A DNA stretch of 64,000 bases from positions 1 through 64,000 of IMG/VR virus record IMGVR_UViG_3300027313_000002; one strand, written 5' to 3'. The position numbers and the translations under genes are program-made. The notes beneath the pieces are model-generated. The model had not been told where the DNA came from. It made no database searches and was given only the letters and a program-made list of their open reading frames with translations. Shown here piece after piece: positions 37,835 to 49,398 of the stretch; the first letter of the stretch is position 1, and the number at the start of each line of letters is the position of its first letter. The stretch comes from a virus.

Positions 37835-40800
37835 AACGCGAGCCCCCTTCCGGCCAGGAACGCGAGGCGGTTGGACGCCCGGGTGATCGACTGGCTGGGC
37901 TGCTCGGCCGTGGGGTTGTTGATGACCATGCTCTCGACGTTCAGGGCCGGCCCCCTGGTCGCCGCAGCGGCATCGGACAGGGTGCGCGGCTGCTCACCGC
38001 CGAACCCCGGGGCGGACAGCTTGCGGGCCATCACGGGACTCACGCCCATCGGGCTGAAGTAGACCGGCCCGCCGAGCGCGAACATGCCGGCGACGTCGCC
38101 CAGGCCGCCGCCCGCGGCGAAGCCGTAGCCCGCGCCGGTCACCGACAGGTCGAAGACGGGCTGGCCGGGTCCGCCGACGGTGACCAGCGGGCCCAGGTTC
38201 CAGCCGATGCCGGGCGTGGTGTCCACCCGCGGCGCCGCCGGGCCCGGGCCGCCGAGGATGCCGCCGGCGATGCCCGCGCCGGCGTACAGCTCGGACCAGG
38301 CCTGCTGCGCCACGTCCTTGGTAATCCCCAGGTGCCCCAGCTGGGTCCGCATGGCGCTCCACTGGCCGGGCAGGTAACGGAGCGCATCCCACCCGCTGGG
38401 CGGCACGGTGCCCGGCTTCCACCCGGACGGCATCTTCTTCGGCCAGGTATGGCCCAGCTCGGCGCCCCACGCGCTGCGCGGCGCTCCGGGCACGGTGTAC
38501 AGCCAGTTCCACATCGTGCTCAGCTGCTTGCCGAAGTTCGTCCACATGCCCGGCGTGATGACGTCGGGCCGCACGAAGTCCTCGGACAGCGCCATGTACG
38601 CCCCGGCCGGGACGGCGCCGATGCCGATGGCCCTGTTCTGCTGGGCCTGGAGGATGTCGATGTCGGCCTGCCATTGCAGCGCGCCCGGTGTCTGCGCGAT
38701 AGCCTTCGGCAGCCTGGCATTCTTGAGCGCGGTCCACGCCTGCGCCTCAGCCTGCACCGCCTGCGGCAGCGTGGTCTTGGAGTAGTTCAGCCACGTGGTC
38801 TCGGCGTCCAGGCCGCCGGGGAAGACCGTGCCGCCCGCGGCGTAGCTCAGGCCCGAGGCGATCAGCGCGCTGGCCACCGGGTCCGACGCCCACGGCTGGT
38901 ACCCGGACGCGTTGTACAGGGAGACGGCCGCCCGGGTGTTGTTGGCCGCGTTGAGCAGGTTCCCGAAGGCGCCGTTCTGGCTGATGCCGCTGGTCGGGGT
39001 GATCTGGTACAGGCCCCAGCCGGTCAGGCCGGGCGGCTGGCCCTGCTGGATGGCGCCCGCGTTGTCCCCGGACTCGGCGTAGGCGATCCGGGCCATGTTC
39101 TGTGCCGCGGAGGCCCGGCCGCCCTCCTGGACCCACAGCGAGGCGATCTGCGCCGCCGTCATGAGACCGCCGGTCGGGCCGGCCGCAGCGGCGGAGGCGA
39201 AGGCGCCGAGCGCAGACTGGCTGGCGATGGCCTGGCTCTTAGCCTTGGAGTCCTGGCCGGTCATGAAGTTGTCGATGCCCAGCTTCAGGTTATGGGCCAG
39301 CGCCTGCAGGATGGCCCCGGGCATGGTGTCGCCGGGCACCACGCCGAACAGCGGCGCGACGGTGTGGTCCCAGACGGCGTTGAAGATGGCCGTGGCGCCC
39401 TGCCGGGCCAGCTTCAGCAGCTCGCCGGCACCGCCGCTGACCAGGTTCGCCAGCGGCTTGATGAGGCTGCCCAGCCCGGTGCCTGCCGAGTCCAGCAGCC
39501 CTTCCACGGTCTGCCAGACCTGGCCGATGCCGCCGAGCGCGGCGCTGATGACGTTCTGCCCGCCGGGGCCGCCGAGCCGCACGCCGACGACGAAATTGTC
39601 GTTGCTGATGGGCGTCTCGGTCACGCCCAGGGCGGTGTCGTAGGCGCTGATGAGGGTGCCGGACGCGGCGGCCATGCCGGTATGGCCGATGCCGCCCCAC
39701 TTGGACGGGTCGGGCGAGGCCCCGGTGAAGAACAGGATGTCGCCGGCCTGGATCTGGCTGCGGTTGGTGAAGGTGTAGTCCGAGTCCCAGGCCGAGAACC
39801 AGTCGGCTTCGAGGTTGGCGATGGCCGAGGACTGCGGGATGGGCACCCCAGCCGCGTTGGCGGCGGACCACACCAGGCTGGAACAGTCGTACGGCGGGCG
39901 CCCCCACCGGTTGGCCTCGCTGTAGGCATCCCCCCGGCGGGCCAGCATGTAGCTGAGCATGGCCTGCTCGATCTGGCCGCCCGAGGCGTACGGGGCCGGG
40001 GACCAGTCCCTCGGCGCGTTGCCCCGGCCGGGCATGTGCGGCGGGTTGCCGAGCCCGCCGCCGGCCGCGAACCCCTGCGAGGCCATGGTGCCGCGGGACC
40101 CGGCGCCGAGCCACTGGTCCGCCTGGTTGAGGCCGTTCAGGAAGTCCGGCCCGAACGCCCGGTCCAGCGCCATCCGGGCCGGCTGGCGGAGCATGTACTC
40201 CCCGCCCATGGCCAGGATGGGCGTGCCGTCCACCGCGCTGGCCCCGGGCACCGACCCGCCGCCCGGGTAGACCGGGCCCCCGGCTGCCCTGATGAGCGGC
40301 ACATCAGGGATGGACAGGCCGCCCGGCAGGTGCTTCAGGATGACGTTGTTAATCGCGTTGATCGTGCCATTGATGGGGTTCTGGATTACCCAGTTAATGG
40401 CAGCCTTGAAGGCGGTCTCGATGTCATTGCCGAGGCCGGAGATCATGCCGCCGACGGGTATGGCGATCTTGGACTGGAACCAGCCGCGGAACTGGTCGAA
40501 CCACTGCGGCACCAGCACGGTGAACAGGTGCGACATCCCGCCCACGATGTCGTTATTGAAGAAGCGCCAGCTGTCGGCCCAGGCGATGGCGGACCCGGAC
40601 ACGAAGCTGTTAAGCCAGGCCGGCACGCTGACGGTGAAGAAGTGCGCCACGTTGCTGACCAGGGTGCTGCTGAAGAACCGCCAGGCCTGGGCCCAGGCGA
40701 TGCTGGCCCCGTTCACGAAGCCGGCGAACCAGGCGGGCACGGAGGCGGTGAAGAAGTGCGCGACATTGGCCACGATGGCGCTGTCGAACCAGTGCCAGGC

Positions 40801-43800
40801 GGCGAAGAACCCGTCATGCGCCGCCTTCGGGATGGTGACGTTGAAGAAGCCCGGGGCGGTGACGGTGAGGAAGTGCGTGAGCGGGCCGGCGAAGTCCTGC
40901 TGGAAGTGCTCGTAGCCGATCGACCAGCCGTGCGCGATGGCATTGGGCAGCAAGGTGCTGAAGAACCGGCTCACCGGGTCGCCGAAGCCGGAGGAGAAAT
41001 TGGCCGCCGCGGTGTTCCACGTGCCCTTGGTGCCGAGCGCGAAGCTCCGGGCCCAGCCCGGCATCAGGAGCATGAACAGCTCCTCGACCTTGGTCACGAA
41101 CCCGCCGTTGAGCGAGTCCCAGATGCTGGCGCCCCACCCGGCGATGGCATGCGGCAGCGTGCGGTTGAAGAAGCCCGGCATCGTGACCGTGAGGAAATTG
41201 GTGACCGGGCTGCCGAACCCGCGCATGAAGTTCTCGTAGATGGTGCTCCAGGCGAAGGCGATCCCGTGCGGCAGGGACACGTTGAACCAGTTGGGGATCT
41301 TGTTGACCAGCACCTCGGTCAGCGGGCCGGCGAAATTGCGCTGGAAGTCCTCGTAGGCGACGCTCCAGCCATGCGCGGTGGCATTCGGGATGGTGTCGGT
41401 GAAGAAGTGCGGCAGGGTGGTCCCGAAGAACCGGCCCATCTGGTCGATGTTGGAGAAGAAATCGTCTTTCCGCTGGCCCCAGAACCCGGACTGGGCCAGC
41501 TTGTCTGAGGCATCAGCGGACTTGGCCAGGCCCTGCTGCAGCGACTGCATGGGCTTCTCGCCCTTGGACACCTCGGCCCACAGCCTGTCGGCCTGGACCT
41601 GGGTGAAGCCCATGGACTTCATCCAGGCCTCGAACTGGGTCTTGGCGTCCTTGGCGTTCCCGCTGGCGCTGATCAGGATCTCGGCGACCTGCCTGCCTGC
41701 CTGGATGGTCGGCTGGGCGCTCGGCCCGAACTTGGCCAGGTCGGTGGCGAAGCCGTTGAAGGCGCCCTGGCCGCCGAGGGCGTTGAAAGTCGCGGTGGAC
41801 ATGGCCGGGACCAGGTCCTGCTGCAAGGTCGTGGTGAGCTTGGCGGCATCCTGGTCCAGCTGGGACAGCGGCTTGTCAGCCGTGGCCATCTTGTTCTGCA
41901 GGTCCTGCGTGGCCGCCGCCGCGCCGAGCGGGCCGATCCACCTGGTCAGCTGCTTCCAGGTGGTGATCGACGGGTCGGCCTCCTGGACCAGGGCGAGGAT
42001 GGCGCTGCGCGCGGTCGAGCTGTTGCCGGCCAGCGGGACGAGCATGGCGGCCAGGTCCCTGGTCGCCCCGGTGAGCAGCGCCGTGCCGGCCGCGCCGGAC
42101 TGGGTGACCGCGGACTGGCTGCGCAGCCAGTCGAGCACCTGCCCGGCCTGCGGGATGAGCTGGATGAACGAGGACCGCAGCGTCAGGCTCTGGCTGTTCA
42201 GCCCGGACATGGAGGCGCCCGCGGCAGCCGCGTTGGTGTGGGTGGTGTTGAGGTTCTGCTCCAGGGTGACGAAGGTGGACTCGCCGCCGGTTATCAGGGT
42301 CAGCCACTGGTCCCAGGCGGTGTTCAGCGCCTGCATCTGCTTGAGCTGGTCGGAGTTCATGACCAGCTGCACCGACACGTCGCCCTGCAGCTGGGTGAGC
42401 CCCTGGCCCATCGCGGCGTACCCGGCGACCAGCCCCTTGACCTGCTGCATGTCGGCGGCCCACACCTTGCCCTGGGCGGTGAACAGGTCGCTGGTCTTGA
42501 CCCCGGCGGTCTGCAGCAGCTGCAGCGCGCCGGGCATGTTCACCCCGTAGGCCTTCTGGATTTCCCCGGTGTGCACCAGCTCGGCCTGCAGCTGGCCGGA
42601 CAGCTGAGCATGCTGGGCGCTCAGCTCGCCGACCTCGGTCGAGTTGAGATGCTGGGCGTTGGTCAGCTGGACCGTGGTGGCGGCCAGGTCCGAGACGGTC
42701 TTGCCGATGACGGTGAGCATGGACTGCTGGCCCAGCCCCTGGTTCATCGTGTCGATCCACTGCTGGGCGGCGTCCTTGGCGGTGGCCACCTTGTAGGCGA
42801 AATAGCCGATGGCTGCGACGAACGCCGCGATCAGCGCGACGTCGAGCACGGAGGCCAGCAGGGCCAGCGCCCCGGACAGGCTGAAGGTCGCCCCGGCGGC
42901 GGCGGTCTCCGCCACCGCCAGCTCCCCGCCGGACATCGCCGCCGCCTCCTCGGCGATGGCCGCCTGCCCGGCCGAGGCCGCGACTGCCTCCTGGGCCGGG
43001 GCCAGGATCCCGAGGCTGACCAGGAGATCCCGGATCCGGGTGGGGATGGCGCCGAACCCGGCCGCGATGTCGGTGAGGATGGCCCGGAACCGCTGCAGCC
43101 CGCTGGCGCCCTCGGGCAGCAGGCCCAGCGCGCTGGTGGCCGCGGAGATGCCGCCGACCAGCAGGGCCAGCGACCGGACCATGTTGAGCACGACGGTGAC
43201 GGCCAGGCCGCCCCACAGCTGGATGCCGTGCAGGCCGAGGACGAACACGGTCAGCCACGCGCCGACCTGGGTGTGCATGAGGTCGCCCAGCAGGCCGAGC
43301 AGCTTGGACAGCACCGCGGTGACGGCCACCAGGTCCTCGGCGATGTGAGTCTTCTGGGCCGCGTCGAACAGGCCGGAGATGAACCGGCCGACGTTCAGCG
43401 CGATCTGGCCGAGGTTCTTCAGGACCGACTCACCATCGGCCAGGAAGCGCTGGATGGCCGGCCCGGCCGCGTTGAAGTCCACCACGAGGCGGGCCAGGAA
43501 CCGGTCCAGCACGGCTCCGGTGCTGAGCGCTAGCTGGCCGATCAGGCTCATCTTCCCGCTCGCCGCGCCGAGGGCATCCCCGAACAGCTGCCAGACCTGC
43601 GGCCGGATCTTGCTAGCCAGGTTGTCGAAGAAGTTGCCCAGCGGGTAGATGGCCTGCCCGGTGGCGGTGGAAGCCGCCCAGACCGCCTTCATCCGGTCGC
43701 TGATCCGGCCCAGGGTGTCCTGGGCGAGGTAGGCGACGAGCAGGAACGAGCCGATGCCGGCCGCCAGGGTGCCGATGGCAGTGGTCAGGATGATGGCGGT

Positions 43801-45374
43801 CTCGACCACGGCATCCAGGGCGAAGTGCCAGGCGTGGATAGAGCCGATGAACCCGGTCGTGCCGAGCAGGCCGGCGAAGACCAGGACCTTGGCGTTCAGG
43901 AACCCCCAGCCGTTGGCCGCGTTCACCAGCCACGGGGCCATCCAGCCGAGCGCGGAGCCCAGGGTGCGGCCCGTATCCGCGGTGTCCTTGTTGGCCGCGG
44001 CGGCCTCCCGGGCAGCCTGCGCCTGGGCCATGGTGGCCATCCAGATAAGCCGGGCCTTGGCCGTCAGGTCGTCCTCGGCCGCGGCGGCGGCCCACAGCTC
44101 GTCCGCCATGTCCTTGGTGCTCTTGGCCGCATCGTCGGCGGCGGCGGCCTGGTTGCGCAGCGCGCTGGCGGTCGCGTTGATGTCGGCCGGCTCCTCGGGC
44201 GGCGGGGCCGCGCCCGCAGCCGGCGGAGGGCCCCCGCCTCCCCCGCCTGCCGCGCCGCCCATGCCCAGCGTGGGCCCGATGGTCGGCGCGAACCGCTCGG
44301 CCATGGCCGCCTTCAGCCGGGCCATGAACGCGTTCAGCTCCTCCATCGCCGCGGTGTCGTCGAACTCGGCGGCGAAGGCGTACCGCTCCCGGACCGCGCG
44401 CATCAGCTCGTCCATCCACTGGCTCAGCTGCACCTGGGCGTGGCTGGTGTCGACGTCGATGACCTCCAGTTCCTCCAGCCTGGCGGGCAGGAACCTGTAG
44501 GGCTCGATGGCCTTGGACGGCTCGGTGCCCGGGTAGGTGGCCGGCCCGTAGCCGCCCTGGCCGGGCGGCAGCGCGGCTCGCAGCGGCGGCGGCAGGACGG
44601 CGGGCCGGAACGTCTCCGCGCTCGGCAGGGCTGCCAGCGCGGCCCGGTAGACAGCCAGCTGGGCCATGGCCCTGGTGGCATCGAACTGCGCCTGGGTGAC
44701 CACGATGTCCGGCAGGCCGGACAGCGCGGCGGCGTAGCTGGCCGCGGCGCTGATGCCCTCGCCGAGCTGGCCGATGGACTCGTGCGTGCCGTGCACCGCA
44801 TCCTGGTAGGCCAGCATCGCCTGGGTCTCGGCTGTGATGGCGGTGGTCCGCGCCCGGATGGCGGCGCCCTCCTGGGAGTAGGCGGTGATCTCCTTCTGCA
44901 GGTACGTCAGCCACTGATCCGGCGTGAGATAGCCGCCAAACCGGGCCCTGTTCTCCTGCAGGGTCAGCGTGAGCATCTGCATCCGCCAGGCGGCGTACTG
45001 CTGCGGGGTGGTGAAGCCGAGGTCCCGGGCACGGTTGAGCAGCTCCTGCAGCTGGGTCTCGCGCTGCAGGTCGGCCAGGTGCTGGGTCATGTCGGACCGG
45101 CCGCCGTACAGCAGCTGCGGGTTGGTCGCCTTGGCCGCCGCGCCCAGCTGGTTCAGCGCGGTGGTCTCCTCGCGCATGGCGGCCACGTCGGCCTTGCGGG
45201 CCGCTGCCGCCGCGGTCGCGCCGGCCACCTCGGCCGCCGACTCGGCCTTGGCCGCCTCGGCCATGCCCTGCATTTCCTTCTTGGCGGCCTCGGCGTCCCG
45301 CATCAGGTCACCGAAGTCGGCAATGGCCTTAACTTGTAGATGACATACCAGTACTCGGGTCCCTCATAGGCCAT
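37753..45374 (-). CDS. Tape measure protein with NlpC/P60 and lysozyme-like domains; true start probably ATG 45374 via a 5-nt bypass
   Basis: >2500 aa Ala-rich helical protein; aromatic 11-residue-type repeats; PYDCSSLV...GHTGM (~39600-39960); AESG...GLYQI...QPW (~38880-39160). Confidence 0.92.
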
Positions 45375-45384
45375 CTACGAACTC

Positions 45385-45888
45385 TCACCCCCCTCCGTGC
45401 CCGTTACCGCCGGCGCCCGGCGGCGGGCCGCCGAACTTCGTCATGAACGCCTCGAAGCTGCCCTCGGCGTTAGCCGCCTCCACGCCGCGCTCCGGATCCG
45501 CCTGGACCTTCCCGAACCGCGGGTCGTCCTCGATCCGGTCGGCCACCTTCGGCCCGCGGATGCGGTCCAGCTCGGCCTCCCGGGGATCCTGGCCGCCCAT
45601 GATGTCGAGGGCCTGGGCCATCTCGACCAGCGGGTTGCGCCCGCCGTGCCGGTCCGGGTCGACCTGGGCCTGCGCCCCGATGAACGTGCACACCGTCTTC
45701 ACCTGCCATTCGGCCAGGCGCAGCCGGGCTACGCTGTCCCGTTCCCGGCGGGCGCTGATGGCCTCCGCGATCTGCCTGAGCCGGCAGAGCGGGAGGCCGA
45801 GGATGTCAGCGTCGCGCCATCCGTACTCGGAGCTGATGAGGTCGAAGGCGGTGGCGAAGGCTCCTGCGAGGCCAGCTGCTCGGGGCCC
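45385..45888 (-). CDS. Tail assembly chaperone, second (-1) frame
   Basis: FDLISSEYGW.D..IL.LP..R motif; no own start; overlaps the first chaperone ORF in the -1 frame. Confidence 0.7.
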   Translation of the reverse strand, partial: GPRAAGLAGAFATAFDLISSEYGWRDADILGLPLCRLRQIAEAISARRERDSVARLRLAEWQVKTVCTFIGAQAQVDPDRHGGRNPLVEMAQALDIMGGQDPREAELDRIRGPKVADRIEDDPRFGKVQADPERGVEAANAEGSFEAFMTKFGGPPPGAGGNGHGGG

Positions 45889-46403
45889 GGCTCCGGTTCC
45901 GGCGGCTCCTTGTCCTGCCCGGTCCGGCGGAACAGGTCCATCATGGCCTCCAGCCGTTTTCCCAGGGCCTGCAGCTCCGGCGCCTCCTGCCGCACGATGA
46001 CCTCGATGAGGTCCAGCGTGTCGCCCAGTTCCGGGTTGAACAGCGCCTCGTTGAACCCCTCCCAGGCGGCGGCGTTGTCTTCCTTCTCCTGCTTGGTCAG
46101 CTGCGAGTCCGGCTTGTCGGCCAGGCCCGCGGGCTTGCACATGGACTGCAGGAACGTGATGGCCTCGGACTCGGCGTCGGGGATGCTCATCAGCACGAGC
46201 ATCAGGAACCGCTCGGTGAACTGCTCCGGCTCGTCGCGGAAGTTCAGCCGGGTCAGCGCGGGCCCGGCGCCGTGGGTGAGCACCCGCAGCAGCCGGAAGA
46301 ACTGCCTGGTCCTGAGCCTGACGACCTCGACGGGGAATCCGGTGGACAGCTTGACGGTGACAGGCTGCGGGTCGAGTCGCTCCAGCTCGCTCTCGTCCGG
46401 CAT
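45729..46403 (-). CDS. Tail assembly chaperone
   Basis: Between tail tube and tape measure genes; Ser-rich overlapping tail. Confidence 0.8.
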   Translation of the reverse strand: MPDESELERLDPQPVTVKLSTGFPVEVVRLRTRQFFRLLRVLTHGAGPALTRLNFRDEPEQFTERFLMLVLMSIPDAESEAITFLQSMCKPAGLADKPDSQLTKQEKEDNAAAWEGFNEALFNPELGDTLDLIEVIVRQEAPELQALGKRLEAMMDLFRRTGQDKEPPEPEPGPEQLASQEPSPPPSTSSAPSTDGATLTSSASRSAGSGRSRRPSAPAGNGTA

Positions 46404-46458
46404 GCGGGCCTCCCGGGGCCTCTAGACGTTTCCCCGGCTATCGACACCCGGCTGCGGG

Positions 46459-47097
46459 CTAGACGATGGTGCCGCCGCCGGCGCCGAACGGCTCGGCGAC
46501 GAACGCTCCGGTCACGCTGCCCGGCCAGGAGACCAGCCGGCCGATGGATTTCGGATAGGCAGCGGGCAGCGCCCCGCCTATTTCATTGACTGCCGAGAAA
46601 AGCGCCCGGCCTGCAATTGAGCAGGACAATCCGGTCTTATAGCTCGGACCGGTGAAGTTGAAAGGCTGGAACTGGACCGCATACAAAACGAAGTCCAATG
46701 TCCTGACTTGACCGCCCGCATCCTTTGACGGGACACGAATGGCAAGAGGCCAGGTAGGCTGGTTCATAGACGCCAATGTCCAGAGCGGGATCGCGTAATA
46801 GTCTGCGCCCGCAGCGCCCGAGGAGGTGACCGTCGTCCCGGTGATCAGTGCAATTGTAGAGAAGGGGATAAACCCTTCTTCAATTGTCACGTTGGCGAAG
46901 TTGATCCAGAAATGCTCGCTCAGGACGACATCATCACCGGTATTTTCAAAGTTCCCCTGGTCGGTGCTTATCGTACCGTTTCTCACGCCGTAGACCGTAG
47001 AGGCCTCCGCGCCGGTCGTGCCGCTCAGGATGGCAGCGTGGCTGAGGCTGAAGCCCTCGAAGGGGGTGCCCGGATACGAGCTGCTGAGGTTGGCCAT
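46459..47097 (-). CDS. Major tail tube protein
   Basis: 212 aa, RBS AGGAGG; synteny upstream of the chaperones; IYGV-like YGVRNGTI motif. Confidence 0.8.
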   Translation of the reverse strand: MANLSSSYPGTPFEGFSLSHAAILSGTTGAEASTVYGVRNGTISTDQGNFENTGDDVVLSEHFWINFANVTIEEGFIPFSTIALITGTTVTSSGAAGADYYAIPLWTLASMNQPTWPLAIRVPSKDAGGQVRTLDFVLYAVQFQPFNFTGPSYKTGLSCSIAGRALFSAVNEIGGALPAAYPKSIGRLVSWPGSVTGAFVAEPFGAGGGTIV

Positions 47098-47150
47098 GCC
47101 CGCGTGCCCTCCTGGGTCGGCGAGTTGCGTCAGCCTGGATAATCGGCCGG

Positions 47151-47369
47151 CTACGGGCAGCCGGGCAGTTGCAGCTGCGCAGGGTGCTGGCCGAGCGCGA
47201 ACAGCTCGGCCAGCTGCCGGTCGTCGATGACGCAGACGTCGGTCTGGACATGCCGGACGACCATCAGGACCTCCAGCGACCAGACCGCGGCGCCGCCGAG
47301 CGCGCAGCCGACGATGACGGCCGTCACGACGGCCACGGCGAAAAACCACCATGGCGGCCCGGCCCTCAG
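47151..47369 (-). CDS. Small membrane protein (possible CTG start overlapping the upstream stop)
   Basis: One long TM, two Cys; lies in the lysis-like cluster. Confidence 0.5.
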   Translation of the reverse strand: MRAGPPWWFFAVAVVTAVIVGCALGGAAVWSLEVLMVVRHVQTDVCVIDDRQLAELFALGQHPAQLQLPGCP

Positions 47370-47686
47370 TGCGTGAGGCGCAGGTGCAGCCACACCGTCA
47401 GGAACACCACCAGCAGCGGCAGCAGCAGGCTCGTCAGCAAGATGGTTGCCAGCGTCCATATACGACTCCTCCGGGACTCGATCTGGCCGGCTATGCCATC
47501 GACCCTGATGGCCAGGGTCCGGCGGTTCTCCTCCGCGGTCGCCACCGACCGCTCGGTGGCCTCGATCCGGGTGAACTGCTCCGCCGTGTCGCTCTCCACG
47601 CCATCGAGCCGGTGCAGCACCGCCCGCTGAGCTTCCTGCCATCGTCCCCAGGTAACCGCCTGGTCATCAGGGCGAGCATTCGGCAT
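47366..47686 (-). CDS. Coiled-coil protein with C-terminal TM (lysis-associated/holin-like)
   Basis: Follows the peptidase gene; single C-terminal hydrophobic helix. Confidence 0.6.
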   Translation of the reverse strand: MPNARPDDQAVTWGRWQEAQRAVLHRLDGVESDTAEQFTRIEATERSVATAEENRRTLAIRVDGIAGQIESRRSRIWTLATILLTSLLLPLLVVFLTVWLHLRLTH

Positions 47687-47687
47687 G

Positions 47688-48515
47688 CTAGGCCGCCGGG
47701 AGAGCCAGGGTGCCGCCGGTCAGCTGGTGGAAGTCCGCGGCCAGCGCCTGCTTGTCGACGCCGTACTCGAAGGCCACAGCGCCCAGGTGCTCGGGCCAGA
47801 TGCACACCCAGGCCTCCTCAGCCTGGGCGGTCCAGTACGCGTCGGTGAAGCTGGTCTCCTGCGCCCAGGTGATGAACCGCTCATCGCCGCCGAGCGGGCC
47901 CGCCCCGGGCGTCCCGTAGCCCCCGGTGAGGACCGAGTGCCCGCCCTCGGCCGCGCTGCCCGCCACCAGGTCCCACGGCTGGCCGGCCTGGAACTGGGCG
48001 AGATTGGCTGCCAGCACGTTGACCCCGGTCCAGACATACCCGAAGATCGCGATGGCCGCCTTGACCTCAGCGGCGTCCTGCGGGTTGACCGCGCCGAACG
48101 CGACCGCCTTCACCCCGTCCGGGCCGCCGACACGGACCAGGGCCTCCAGCGCGGTCTGGATGTCCATGCCGGCGTCGGCCTGGCTGCCGGGCCCGTCGGC
48201 GGCCGGGGAGCCCGCGGGGTCGAAGCCCGGGTTCTGGGTCCTGTAAAACTGCCAGACCTGGTCCTGGTCCGGGTAATGCCCTGGCGGGGCAAGCAGGGTG
48301 GTGACCAGCCGCCGGGCGTTGGCCCAGGTGACGGCCACGCAGTCCCCGGCCTCGCCGTTGCCGAGCACCTGCCAGCCGCCGTGCAGCTGGGCCAGGTAGT
48401 CGGCTGCGACAGGATAGCCCAGCGGCGCGCCGGGCGCGGTCAGCCGCCACCGGGAGAACTGCATGGCCGGGGCGCGCTTGGGCGGCCTGCGGCCATACCT
48501 GCCGGGCTGCGGCAT
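47688..48515 (-). CDS. Papain-like cysteine peptidase (possible endolysin)
   Basis: LGN...GDCVAV; GGHSVLTGGY; FITWA. Confidence 0.75.
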   Translation of the reverse strand: MPQPGRYGRRPPKRAPAMQFSRWRLTAPGAPLGYPVAADYLAQLHGGWQVLGNGEAGDCVAVTWANARRLVTTLLAPPGHYPDQDQVWQFYRTQNPGFDPAGSPAADGPGSQADAGMDIQTALEALVRVGGPDGVKAVAFGAVNPQDAAEVKAAIAIFGYVWTGVNVLAANLAQFQAGQPWDLVAGSAAEGGHSVLTGGYGTPGAGPLGGDERFITWAQETSFTDAYWTAQAEEAWVCIWPEHLGAVAFEYGVDKQALAADFHQLTGGTLALPAA

Positions 48516-48579
48516 GGGGCCTCCCGGGAAGGACGGAGGGCGGGACCCGCTCTAGAGCCTCGCCCTCCGTATCGACCCC

Positions 48580-49398
48580 TTAACAGCCGTCGTAGGGAGA
48601 CCAGTTGGACTGGCCGCCAGCAGCCAGGGCGTTAGCGAAGACCTGGTTCTGCTCGGCCACGCTGGCATGTCCGAAGTCCGCCGGGTTCCCGCCATACGCC
48701 GCCCAGGTGCTGGCGGCGAACTGGTACAGGCCGTAGTGCCCGGTGGCGTTCATCACCTGGGCGTTGCCGCCGGATTCGCGGGCGACCACGCACTGGCCGA
48801 ACGAGCCGCCGGGGTAAGAGCCGCCGGAATACCCGGCGGTGGCGACCTGATGCGGCTGGGAAGCCGGGGCCTGGTAGGCCGGGGCCTGGCGGGAGCCGCA
48901 GCTGACGTCCCATCCGTCGCCGTCGCCGTCGCCGCAGTAGTTCGGGTAGCCGTAGGTCACGCCCCAGACTTTCCCGGCCGGGTCGGCGGCCGGAGCGGCG
49001 GCAGCGGCCACGGCCGCGACCGCCGCGTGGCAGGCGAGGAGGATGTCCCGCCCGGCGTAGATGAGATCGGCGTCGGGGATGTGGTTGGCGGCGGCCAGGC
49101 TGGGATAGTCGCCAGCCGTGCCGCAGAACCGCCCGGAGATGCCCGAGAGCGTGTCCCCGGCCCGGATAAGGTATATGCCGGGAGCCTGGCCCGCGCGGGC
49201 GGCTGCATGGCTCTCAGCGGCTGCCAGCAGGACCATGTGACCGTCCTCCGGCAGCGCGGGCGGCACTGCCGGGCGGGCCGGGACCACCGCGGCATGCGCG
49301 GCCTCCGGCCTGGGGAAGATGGCGGCAATGGCCGCCATGACGGTGAGCACGGCCGCTATCCTGGCCGCGCGGATGAGGGTACAGGCGTGCTCCAGCAT
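48580..49398 (-). CDS. rpf: Secreted LysM + Rpf-like lytic transglycosylase
   Basis: Signal peptide; YLIRAGDTLSGI...DLIYAG (LysM); CVVARESGGN...GLYQF...TW...EQ...W. Confidence 0.88.
   Translation of the reverse strand: MLEHACTLIRAARIAAVLTVMAAIAAIFPRPEAAHAAVVPARPAVPPALPEDGHMVLLAAAESHAAARAGQAPGIYLIRAGDTLSGISGRFCGTAGDYPSLAAANHIPDADLIYAGRDILLACHAAVAAVAAAAAPAADPAGKVWGVTYGYPNYCGDGDGDGWDVSCGSRQAPAYQAPASQPHQVATAGYSGGSYPGGSFGQCVVARESGGNAQVMNATGHYGLYQFAASTWAAYGGNPADFGHASVAEQNQVFANALAAGGQSNWSPYDGC

Noticed and set aside
29930-45339. Very long plus-strand ORFs (e.g. 29930-32299, 32588-35428, 38332-41508)
   Set aside because: Antisense shadows of GC3-rich minus-strand genes; composition is Arg/Gly/Pro/His-biased with no recognisable motifs
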